From the NCBI GenBank assembly GCA_028534125.1, contig CM052818.1, positions 11,968,001 to 12,032,000 of the forward strand: a DNA stretch of 64,000 nt, given 5' to 3'. Positions 27,810 to 38,267 of the stretch are shown in pieces. A program made the position numbers and the translations under genes. Source of the DNA: Lama glama (taxonomy: Eukaryota). A model generated the notes under the pieces. That model was not told the DNA's origin and searched no databases. It was given only the letters and a program-made list of their open reading frames with translations. How positions within the stretch are numbered: position 1 is the stretch's first letter; each line of letters begins with the position of its first letter.

Positions 27810-28000
27810 ACAGTACGCTGAGCACTTAGCATTTCATATACATTATCTCACTCAAATCTTAAAAGGATTAACAGTATTTATATATTTCAGATGCCAAATG
27901 AGATTAATTTGCTGAGAAAGATGCAACTAGTTTGAAGTAGTGAAGCTAGGAATGAGATTCAAGATTTGACTACAAGTCTGTGATCTTAATTAACATACTG
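27810..28000 (-). mobile_element. MIR
   Basis: gctgagcacttagcatttcatatacattatctcactcaaatctt...gagattcaagatttgactacaag. Confidence 0.55.
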
Positions 28001-28476
28001 TATTGCATCTTATATTTTCTTAGATTAGAAAAAGTATCTCCTATAGAGCATAACACTTACTAGACACTTTATATTTGCTGGATTGAATTAAGACATAATT
28101 CATTTTTGTAGTATTTACTTAATTAGATTTTGTGTAACTTAGTATATGTAAATGAGGACAAGCATTCTTTGATTCTTGACCCAGACATCTTCCACTTAAA
28201 ACCATGTACAACAAAATAAAACTTTTTCCATAGGTCTAATTTTATAAAATACATTCCATTTTTACAGATTTATTGTATACTCCCTCAAAATTTCAAAACT
28301 GGTTGCAAAAATAAAATATTTTAAATGTTAATAGTGAAAAAACACTGAAATTAACATTATGATGTAAACATTCTTAAGGATACCTTTATTTTCCCTCATT
28401 AGCTTGAATCTTAGAAATGTGACTCTGGTAACATTTAAGACTGTAATAAGGATGGCTGTTCTTCATTGTTCCACTT

Positions 28477-28750
28477 GTGGTTCTTAACTTTGTCGGCACG
28501 TTAGAATCACTTGGGGAGCTTTTAAAATTCCCAATGCCAATGCTGCATTGAAACAAGATCAATTAAAAAGGAATTTGTGTATGTATATGTATGGCTGAAA
28601 CATTATGCTGCACATCAAAAATTGACAAAACATTGTAAACTGACTATATGCCAATTAAAAAAAAAGAGAGAAACAAAAAAACACCGCCAGAAAGAAAAAA
28701 AGGAATGGCTGAGAATCAAATCTCAATATTAGTGTTTAAGTTCTCTAAGT
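28477..28750. mobile_element. MER5-like hAT element interrupted by a young L1 3' end (+, 28575-28696)
   Basis: gtggttcttaactttg...ttagaatcacttggggagcttttaaaa (MER5); insert gtatggctgaaacattatgctgcac...ccaattaaaa with TSD aaaaaggaat at 28565-28574 and 28697-28706. Confidence 0.75.
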
Positions 28751-31700
28751 TAAAGTGAATGCAATATGATTTTTATTGTAGAGAAAGTTACAGGTACTGA
28801 TACCATTTCTGTAGTTTGGTATCTATATCCATAGTTGAAGGAAATACTAAATTTTACTTAGAGAATATAAAGATGCATTTTTTAACCCAACCTTATTATT
28901 CTCTGGCTAAGAATGCCTATCACAGACATTGCAAAGATTATAACTTGCCTTATACAGTGAGCTGCTTTTCCCAGAAGATATATTTGTGTTTTGTTTTGGA
29001 GATGGCTTTAAATATATAGAGATTTAAAGATTTATGTAAAGAGATCAGTTATTGAATATTTGAAAAGAAAAGTCCATAACCTAATTCAGAAAAAATAATT
29101 TTAATTAACTTTCTTGGTTATAATAACTCACATGAGTTATATAATTCCCCCCAATATTTTAAGTTTCAAACATACAGAAACATTAAAAATGTTTATGGTG
29201 AATATTCATATATACACCACCCAGATTCTACAGTTAACATTTACCATACTTGCTTTAACACTTACCTTTCCGTTTATACCTCTTTTCTATCTGTCAACTT
29301 GTACACATTAAATATGTGCTTTTCTTTATCAATTATATCTGAATAAAGCTACTAAAAAAAATCCCAACATACTGCCCAGAAATTTGATGATTATGTTTGC
29401 ATCTAATAATGACTATTTTATTATAAGCAAATAAATTGTAGTATTAGATTTACAGAATACAAAAGTCAATTTAATTACAATGTAAATAATAATTTTAGAG
29501 AGCTATGATGAAAGGAAGGAAATTCAGTCAGAAAGTTAATTTAGTAATCTACTTGAAACTGTGCTTAGATTCCTGGTTTGAGTATTAGGGCAAGTAGCAT
29601 CCCCTTTCACTAATAAAAAACCAGCAGGAAGGGGTTATTTCTCTGGGAAGATGATGAGATCAGCTTGGAGCAATCCGAGTATGCTGTGTGGGTTAGACAG
29701 CCATAGAGTTATCATCTGTATAGAGATGGCTGAGTAGTTCTGGACTTCTCCATCTGGCCTAAACAAATTTGGGAATGGTCATAGATGTTTACTGAACCTT
29801 GGACTAGTAGATGTACCCACAGAAAGTATTTCAATTTACTTTATGTAAACATATCTATGCCTACATATTAAACAATATTAATTGCAAGCCATGATAGAGA
29901 ACTGTGGTTTTAATCACTAATAACAAAACATAATTTGCAAGCTACTTGTAAATAATGGTGGCCTTAATAAATAGAATGATGCAGGTCATCAGTGATTATT
30001 TTTTTATGTCAAATAGTTCAGTTTACTTAAATTTATTGAATAGCCTCTGGTACTTGTGTTGTTTTCATTACGTGGTAGCATCACAAAAAAGAAAATACGG
30101 CTTTGAGAACAACTGCACTTCAACTGTTTATTGTAAACCAGGAAATTATGATAAGGTTTGCGGAATACAAAAAAATCAATGTAATCACAATGTAAATAAC
30201 AGGCCTCTGGGGCCTATGACTACAGGGGAAAAAATCCAGTTCCAGTGTTGGTTTGAATGGTTCTAAGAGGGCAACTGTTATGTTTGGTTTTATATTTTAG
30301 ATAGAATACTCTGCAGTAAGGTAGTTGAACTCAAGGATGGAAAGTGTGAATATGGAAATAAGAATAGGGGATTATTTTAATAACATGTAATAATACTAGA
30401 ATAAACAGTTATTAAGAAATATGTTAAATATAGACTTAGGTCTTATGTTAACTTACTGAATTTATTAGGTATAAGAGGAAATCTACAGGGATCAAAACTT
30501 GTTTCTTATTTAGGTATCTAGAGAATGGTGGTGCATTCAGTGAAAGAGGAAATAAAGTGCAGCTCATAGTTTAAAAAAATACTTGGAAATTTAGTTTTCT
30601 GATTTCTGGATTCTGGCATCTAAACTTGTAGAGAAGGATGGTATATCAGAAGAGAATCTTCTACCCTCAGTGTCCTAAAAGGTTATTTTCAGACATTAAG
30701 CTCTAGTTCCTACTCAACTTTTTTCTGTGTATAGAAGGTTAGAAGAGTTGAAACTAGCTTTGTGAAACTGAGCAATGAATCCATCTACATATAAACCCTG
30801 ACTGGGTTTTAAGAATTTAAGTACAAAATACAGTAAGGAAGTGAGTTCACTATTTTCATCTTACTCAGGGTGTATCATATTCTTGCATTGTTGGTTTGTA
30901 TCAGTTCTTTTAGATGAATATATTTGTAGTATTTTCAGTGACTTTTTAAATATATTTTGCTTATTTGAAACAATAAATAAATTCCTTAATTCTTTTCTAA
31001 ACTGTTAAAGTTTTGCTTGCTTTTTATATATTTAGTTGTATCTTTTAACTGTATCACATTATTTTATGAGAAGCTGTTTACTTTGAAAGTAATTATGAAT
31101 TGATTTTTAAAATCGGTGATGGCTTTAGTTCTTACCATTTAGTGAAAATGTATTTAACTCCCGTAAAGGATTAATGTCTGAAATGCTAAATTCAGAGATT
31201 GGCTAAAAGTTTAACGTGCGAACAAGTCTTGTTTGTTATTTGTTTGAATTCTTTAAAAAAATGTGTAAAACCTTTTCATACTCTTTGCCTAGTTAAGTCT
31301 GCATTTAGTAATAATGTTTAAAAGTAATTTAATGAAATTACAACTAGCAGTGCATTTAACTTGATAACTGGGCAAAAATAAAACTATTTTCATAATAAAA
31401 TTTATGGACACTATGCTAAATATATATTATATATGTTAAGAAAGTTGTATATACATACCTTCTTGTGTTATTTTTCCATACATAATGGTACAAAATACAT
31501 CAGAATAAAAATATAGTTTTTAAAAAAGTTCTTTCTTGATAAGTGCACAGTCCAGTGATAATCAAAAAGAATACTGTTAATATTGGTAGTGGTGAAGAGA
31601 GATGAAGTCGGGAGAGTTGACGGTTGTGTTCTAGAGTCTAGTTTTAACTGAAATAGAGCTTAAAACTTGTAAATTGAGTTGTATTTTAAGTGAAAGATTA

Positions 31701-31756
31701 TCTGCTGTTGATGGAGTGTCAAACAACTCACTCAGCCCTCACCTGTCTTTTCACAG

Positions 31757-31907
31757 AGCTCCTTAATAAGCATTCATAGTCAGTTTTTGGCAGCATTAGA
31801 ATCACTGAAGGCATTCTGGGATGTTATGGATGAAATTGATGAGAAGACTTGGGTACTTGAGCCAGAAAGACCTACGCGGGGTGCGACTGCACGCAGAATT
31901 GCATTAG
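31757..31907 (+). CDS. FANCL: FANCL coding exon (exon 8 equivalent, 151 bp)
   Basis: tcacag|AGC TCC...GCA TTA G|gtaggg; SSLISIHSQFLAALESLKAFWDVMDEIDEKTWVLEPERPTRGATARRIAL. Confidence 0.97.
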
Positions 31908-33999
31908 GTAGGGGAAAAAAAGATTAAGGAGAGTTTTTTTTTTATTTAGCTGTTTGATTATATTTTGTATGACTTATGAAAATGAATATAAGATGACATT
32001 GGACTCTCGGTGAAATTTTTTTTGTATGAAGTCAAGTATTAAAACTTTTGGGGATGAACTGTGATTTCTTTTATTACCATGCATTTAAATGTAAATATTT
32101 CAGGTAGAAAGGGCAAGTACTGAGGTGTTTCATTATAAAAGGTGATGATCCAATCAATGCAAGTAGCATTCAGAGATAGTGTTTAATTAGCTTTTAATTA
32201 GCACAGAAATAGTTGGACAGGTTTTTCAAAACTTTGATTACTTAGGGAAGAAAACTATGTTAGAAATACTTAAGTCTTACCTGTGAAACTAGTTAAGATT
32301 AGTATGAACAAGTCTGGTGATATTTTCTGACAAAAATATAGAGGAGTGTAAAAGAACCTGAAGTGGGCCGTGCACACACCGAAGAGTAAACAGAAAACTG
32401 CAAAAAATAAGTGAATATGTTTTAAGTATTTTCTTTAAATACATGAAAGCAGTAAGATGTGGAATAACCATAAATACATTCCTTGCAGTATTACCATACT
32501 CTTTACTATGAAATGCTTGTTCTATGTATTCTCATTATGAGCAGGCAGTACATGAAGTCAGTTTTAGAATTTAGCCTCTCCAGATTTTAGATGTCTTAGA
32601 CTATATTTGAGTTCACAGTAAATACCATAGTTATGAAGGATATTTTGGAATTCTGATGTCAGTCATATCCAGATTAGCAGTTTTTATAGTTTCTACTCAG
32701 GCATGATAGATTATCCAGGGGAAAAGTGTGGCATGTTCTTACGAGAAGAGTAAAGTATAATTTTGCAGCAGTTCTACAGATAGTGCTGTTACTCACCCAG
32801 TTTGAGGAAGTCTTAACAGTATTTAATTTGGAATAATTAACCAAATTACAGGATATTTGTGAACAAGTAGATACTAAAATGAAAACATTTTCTTCAGAGA
32901 AGTGTAATTTATTATCTTAATGGTCCCGTTAAACTAATTACTTTTATCAGGTTATGATTAAATATACTTTTTACTATATTTCTCATCCTTCAGCATAAAC
33001 AACCTGGTTTTTAGTCACTCTTTCAATATTTACCTCTTTTCCTTCAGGCATTGATTAGCCTTTTTAGGACCAAGTTTTCAGCAAATTAATCAAAAATTAG
33101 TTAATACAGTTATTGTTGTTAAGTGAAAGTACTTTCTGGAGCCATTAGAAGATGACATTGCCGAAGGCTAACGTGGAATTTATATTTATGGTAAAAAATG
33201 CATTAACCAATGAGATCATAAGTTAACTTTTTTTTTACCATAAAAATGAAATCCAGATTAACCTTAAACTACATGTACTAACCTTATACGATGTGCCTTC
33301 AAAAAACAGCAGTAAATTTATGAAATTTGTACTATACTACAGTTAAAATTTATGAAAGAATTTAGTGCCAAGTAGAAATACCTTTTTCTTAGATTCTGCA
33401 AACTAAGTTGTTTTTGTTATTAAAAGAATAGTTTCCAAAAAAATTAACATGAATTGAACTCTGAACTTATATAGGAAAGCTTCACATGGTGATTAAAAAA
33501 AATTCAGAAAATGTTTTCATAAAACTTCATAAAACTCAAATCCTAAACATTTATTTTTACCATTAGTTCTATTTTTAGTCTTTTATGTTTCTTCTGTTAC
33601 TTTTCAAGAAAGTCATGATGTCATTTAGATCTTTATTTCTTAAACTTGTGATTTGGAATTTTTATATTAAAGACCTTCTGTCACTCTATAGAAATTTTTA
33701 ATTTAAACTTCAATAGAATTCTGCCCAGAATTTCAGTCTATATTAACTTATGGATTGGCTGTTTTTTGAAACTTAGGATTCCCAAGTCTTTAATCATGAT
33801 CAAAATTTTAAAATTTGCTTCTTTTAGTTAAATTGAATTACTAATATATTTTATTTACCTTTATAAAAAACTGTACATTAAACAACTGGTTAATCTTTCC
33901 TTGGGTATTCAGTGAAATAAGTACCCAGATACTCCTTTAGTTTTTGTTTTATGACATCACTATACTACTCCTAAAAGCTTTAATTTTCTTTTATTCTAG

Positions 34000-34083
34000 G
34001 GAATAATGCTTCGATAAATATAGAGGTAGACCCCAGACATCCTACTATGCTTCCTGAGTGCTGCTTTCTTGGAGCTGACCATG
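34000..34083 (+). CDS. FANCL: FANCL coding exon (exon 9 equivalent, 84 bp)
   Basis: ttctag|GG AAT...CAT G|gtatga; (G)NNASINIEVDPRHPTMLPECCFLGADH. Confidence 0.97.
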
Positions 34084-34284
34084 GTATGAGACCTCAGGCT
34101 TAAACGTTTTTAACAGATCACAAAATCTTTGTCTACCACTGTAATTAAATAGTGTTCTATTAACGTATTAATGGTAGTTATTTTAAATGAAAATGTCTAA
34201 TTTTGAACTATGTATTTCTGTGTTTTTAGAATATATAATATATATGATTTAGGTATTTTATTGAGGTGGTTAGGAAACAAATCC

Positions 34285-34481
34285 TGTAATTAACAATATT
34301 ACATGTATTTCAAAGTTGCTGAGAGAATAGATCTTAAAAGTTACCCATGTAAAAAATTTAACTGCATGGTGATAGATGTGAATGTGTGGTAATCATTTTG
34401 CAGTGTACACATATGCCAAATCATTCTGCTGTACACCTAAAACTGTAATACAGTATTGTCAGTTAAGCTCAATAAAAAGAA
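34285..34481 (+). mobile_element. L1 3' end fragment in FANCL intron
   Basis: tcaaagttgctgagagaatagatcttaaaag...gctgtacacctaaaac...ctcaataaaaagaaa. Confidence 0.8.
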
Positions 34482-34556
34482 ATTCTGTGCCAAATGTGAC
34501 TTACAAAATGAGCAGCAAACCTTAAATTATTAAACTTTTTTCTTTAATATTTTAAG

Positions 34557-34602
34557 TGATAAAACCCCTGGGAATTAAGCTGAGCAGAAACATACATTTG
34601 TG
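34557..34602 (+). CDS. FANCL: FANCL coding exon (exon 10 equivalent, 46 bp)
   Basis: tttaag|TG ATA...TTG TG|gtaggt; (V)IKPLGIKLSRNIHL(W). Confidence 0.95.
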
Positions 34603-34677
34603 GTAGGTATCTTTGCCATATAATTCTTACTTTTTAATGATTTTACAAATTAGTAACAATTTTTTTCATGCTTTTAG

Positions 34678-34759
34678 GGATCCAGAAAATAGTCTGTTAC
34701 AAAATTTGAAAGATGTTTTAGAAATTGATTTTCCAGCTCGTGCTATCCTGGAAAAATCT
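34678..34759 (+). CDS. FANCL: FANCL coding exon (exon 11 equivalent, 82 bp)
   Basis: ttttag|G GAT...AAA TCT|gtaagt; DPENSLLQNLKDVLEIDFPARAILEKS; preceded by a 75-bp intron. Confidence 0.97.
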
Positions 34760-35594
34760 GTAAGTTTTATCAGTGCTTTGATATTCCAGTGTTGTGTAAT
34801 GAAAGTTAAGTGTTCTTTTAAACACTAGAAGAAAAATGGGGCTGAAAGGAAAGGAACTGGAAGAATATTACAGACTTCTGAACTGTAAGCAACAGTTGCA
34901 TCGAAGAACTTCTTAACCTTCATTGCTGGTTATAAGTATTTTTTTTCATGGTCTTCGTAGCAGTAAAGTGATTAATGACAGACATCTGTATTAAAAAAAG
35001 GGGATAGGTCCAATGTAGCTAATGAGATGTTTGGATTTTCTATACTGTCAGCTTATGGGTGACTGAAATAAAGTTTTAATTAGCTTGATAGAAGTGTTTG
35101 TGAAGGATGGCAGTACAGTTTTTAAAAATTGAATAGACACCACTACACAGCAAAAACAAACTTAGAACTGATTTTTGACAAAGCTGCTGAGGATGTAGAC
35201 TACTGAAGTGGTGGGGATGTTTTTTTCCTTTGCCTTTATACCAAACTTCAAAATTCTGTAACTAGTCACTAGGGAATGTCATTTCCTGTCTTTACGTACT
35301 GTAGTGGCATTATATTGATGTACGAATTGGGAACGTTACTTAAGCCCAAGCATCTTGTCAGCCAAAAATAGACTTTTTTAGTACATCTGTATTATTTACT
35401 GGAAAAAGGAAGCACTCTTCTACAAGTAGCTTTTCTAAGGTGTTTAATAGACTGTATTTTCTATAATTTAGCAATATAGTTAACCTTTATAAATATTTTA
35501 TAAAAATGTAATATCTAATACCATATTCGTTTTTTTTTTTAAATTTCACCTTGTAAATTTTGAACATATATGCTTATAAGTATTTCTTTTGAAG

Positions 35595-35711
35595 GATTTT
35601 TCTATGGATTGCGGAATTTGTTATGCCTATCAACTTGATGGTGCCATTCCTGATCACGTGTGTGATAATTCACAGTGTGGACAGTCTTTCCATCAAATAT
35701 GCTTATATGAG
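35595..35711 (+). CDS. FANCL: FANCL coding exon (exon 12 equivalent, 117 bp), first part of RING finger
   Basis: ttgaag|GAT TTT...TAT GAG|gtaaaa; DFSMDCGICYAYQLDGAIPDHVCDNSQCGQSFHQICLYE carries six of the C4HC3 zinc ligands. Confidence 0.97.
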
Positions 35712-37015
35712 GTAAAACTAAAAATACCAGCAAGACTAACGTGGCATAGGAAGTATGTGTATTTGAAATATACAGAATCTAAATCATGTTGTCAGTAGTG
35801 ATTTAGCTCCTTTACCGGTTTATTCCAAATGCCATGTGCTTCATTTCTTCATCATGGTTACTAATGAGTTTTGAAATGTCCTAAAGTATCCAAGAAGGGG
35901 GAAAATGTATCTAGAATATATTCATGGACTGTTTATTGATGCATAGAAAATTAAATTGATGGTAATTGGAGTCTTTCAGTAAGTGTCTCATGTAAGCGCT
36001 GTATATTCATCCAGGTGAGATTAACGGTGGCAGTAAGGTAAAGGGAGCTAGCACTATGGAGTACTTACTAATTTTCAGGCTTTATGTATGTATAGAATAA
36101 ATGTAATAGTCCTACTTTTGGTATTGAGAAGAAAGCATTTTGTGATCTGAATATCTGACAACACTAAGTCAGTGACATTTTATTTACTATTGATTATCCA
36201 TAAAATCTGCTTTCATTCCTGTCTACAGTCATTTGCTCTCTGTCGTACTCATCTTAGGTCAGAGTTGACTTATGATTAACTGTATGTGCATCTATGTACA
36301 AAACACCTTGCAGTTATATATAGTGCTTTCAGTTTTCAGAGACTTCCTTAATATCACCTCTTGATTTTTGTGATTGAAGATAGCAGCCAGTGCTATCTGC
36401 AGGGTAACAATGGAGAACTTAGGTAGAGATGTCAATTTACTTTATACAAAATCATAAAATACCAAGTCTAATTATAGAGATACTCTTAAGGGAGCATGTG
36501 CTTTCTTTTGTAATAATGAATATTCATTTAATTTTTAAAAATGGACTGTCTCATGCTTATAATTAATGAATTGAGAATTAACCCACTATTGGTGATTAAG
36601 ACGAGAATTAAGACCTGAATTTTCAAGAGCCTATGTTATATTTTACAGCAGGAGTTCTTAATTTGTGATTAATGGATTTGAGTAGGGTCTGTGAACCCCA
36701 TGGACTTAATTAAATGCATTATTTTTGTGTATATCTGTTTTGAGGTAGAGAAGATGGCTTTATTTTCATCAGATTCTTAAAGGGGCCTATAAATAGTGGC
36801 ATAGACCTTGAAATCCATACTGGTTTTCCCTTTTTATTCAGAATTTTAGTAGTTAGGTATTGGCTCAGGAAGTGTCTCCCTTACTTGTAAAAGAATAAAG
36901 AAGGCAAATCTGGCATAAAAATATAATGTGCTCAGAAAGGAAATGATATTTGGAATTTCTGTAATTTTGTAATCATGCTGACACTGCTCCCTTTATCTTT
37001 TTTAAAAATCTTCAG

Positions 37016-37087
37016 TGGTTAAGAGGACTGCTGACTAGTAGACAGAGTTTTAACATCATATTTGGTGAATGTCCATACTGTAGTAAG
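37016..37087 (+). CDS. FANCL: FANCL coding exon (exon 13 equivalent, 72 bp), second part of RING finger
   Basis: cttcag|TGG TTA...AGT AAG|gtaagc; WLRGLLTSRQSFNIIFGECPYCSK with the E2-binding Trp and final CxxC. Confidence 0.97.
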
Positions 37088-37385
37088 GTAAGCAAATTAT
37101 TACATTTCATAAAATGTGCCTAGCTTTTAGTAATGTGTTTTAGATGACATCTATATAGTATGTCAGCTTATATAAAATTTCTTGAAACATTTGTTAATCT
37201 ATGTATTTTTAAAAAACAGAAAATGTCTAATTGTCCCTATCAACATTTTAATTTTCAGATTTCTCCTTTGATCAAAAAAAGGTTAACCCCTTATCTAGAT
37301 TTCTTAGGTGATATGAAACTTAAAAAGTATTTTCTGAACTGTATCATTACACCATTTCTAATATAAAACATTCTCTTTTTATAAG

Positions 37386-37421
37386 CCAATTACCTTGAAA
37401 ATGTCTGGGAGAAAACCCTGA
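37386..37421 (+). CDS. FANCL: FANCL last coding exon (exon 14 equivalent) with stop
   Basis: ttataag|CCA ATT ACC TTG AAA ATG TCT GGG AGA AAA CCC TGA; PITLKMSGRKP*. Confidence 0.96.
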   Translation, partial: PITLKMSGRKP

Positions 37422-37469
37422 AGTAAGAATGCAACATTTCTGTGAAAAACTGGAAACCTTAAAAAGGAT

Positions 37470-37475
37470 TTTATT
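37470..37475 (-). promoter_or_regulatory. Candidate VRK2 polyadenylation signal AATAAA
   Basis: Plus-strand tttatt, 8 nt past the VRK2 stop; alternative ATTAAA at 37247-37252 (minus). Confidence 0.4.
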
Positions 37476-37483
37476 TGATATCT

Positions 37484-37813
37484 TCAGAGAAAGTATAAAG
37501 CAAGACATACTAATATGAAAAGAAAAACAATGGTGATGCCATAATAATATACATCTGATTTTGTCTCTTCACTAAGAGTATGCCAGAATCCTGTAGAACT
37601 TTCTAATTCTGTGACCTCCATACCAGTTGTAGAAGCGTCTGTGTACCAAGATGGAGATCTTGACTTACTGAACATATCTGGACTGGTAAAATCTTGATGG
37701 GGTTCATCAAATGAATTTGGGAGTTGCACACAGCTGGATATTTGTGGAGAAGTTTTTACTGCATTCAGACATTCTTGAGACTCACAGTATTTTTGTCTTC
37801 TCCTTGTGCTTTC
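37484..37813 (-). CDS. VRK2: VRK2 kinase last coding exon (exon 13 equivalent; VRK2A-type C-terminal transmembrane anchor) with stop
   Basis: Minus strand ccatag|GAA AGC ACA AGG; ESTRRRQKYCESQECLNAVKTSPQISSCVQLPNSFDEPHQDFTSPD...DVYYYGITIVFLFILVCLALYFL*; hydrophobic tail. Confidence 0.95.
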   Translation of the reverse strand, partial: ESTRRRQKYCESQECLNAVKTSPQISSCVQLPNSFDEPHQDFTSPDMFSKSRSPSWYTDASTTGMEVTELESSTGFWHTLSEETKSDVYYYGITIVFLFILVCLALYFL

Positions 37814-37906
37814 CTATGGGCAGATACATACATTGTGTGTTAAATTTGAGCTGTGTAAGGTTTGAGTTATCAAAGTATTTATTTTGTGTACTCTGTAAGA
37901 ATGCTA

Positions 37907-37912
37907 AGTAAA
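37907..37912 (+). promoter_or_regulatory. Candidate FANCL polyadenylation signal (variant AGTAAA)
   Basis: gctaAGTAAAacttg followed by a GT/T-rich tract at ~37947-37970; first canonical AATAAA I see after the stop is at 38120-38125. Confidence 0.4.
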
Positions 37913-38267
37913 ACTTGTCATACAAGATCAAATTGTACAAGATTAAGTTTTTGTGTGCTTTTTATTTTTCCTGAAGTTATTATGTTCAAGTGTATATATA
38001 AAAGTACTTACCAATATCAAACAACCAAATCTGGTTAATGTAAGTAGGCCCATTTCTTAAATAATTTACAATCTAAAAATAGGACAGAATATTAAAAAAT
38101 GAATTTTTTGGAAGACAAAAATAAAACCAGGCTTAGGGATAAGACTGTCATACAGTTAGAAGGCTTTTTGGTCAGTAATAATGAATAATGCTAGAGGTAC
38201 TGGTGCAAGTATCCTGTGCCCACAGAGTGGCGCCAACCAGTGACCCAGTAAAACTATTTGTACAGAA

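Noticed and set aside
1407..37366. Many 60-100 aa Phe/Leu/Ile-rich ORFs
   Set aside because: Expected by chance in AT-rich intron with alternative starts; no recognisable homology beyond the exons listed
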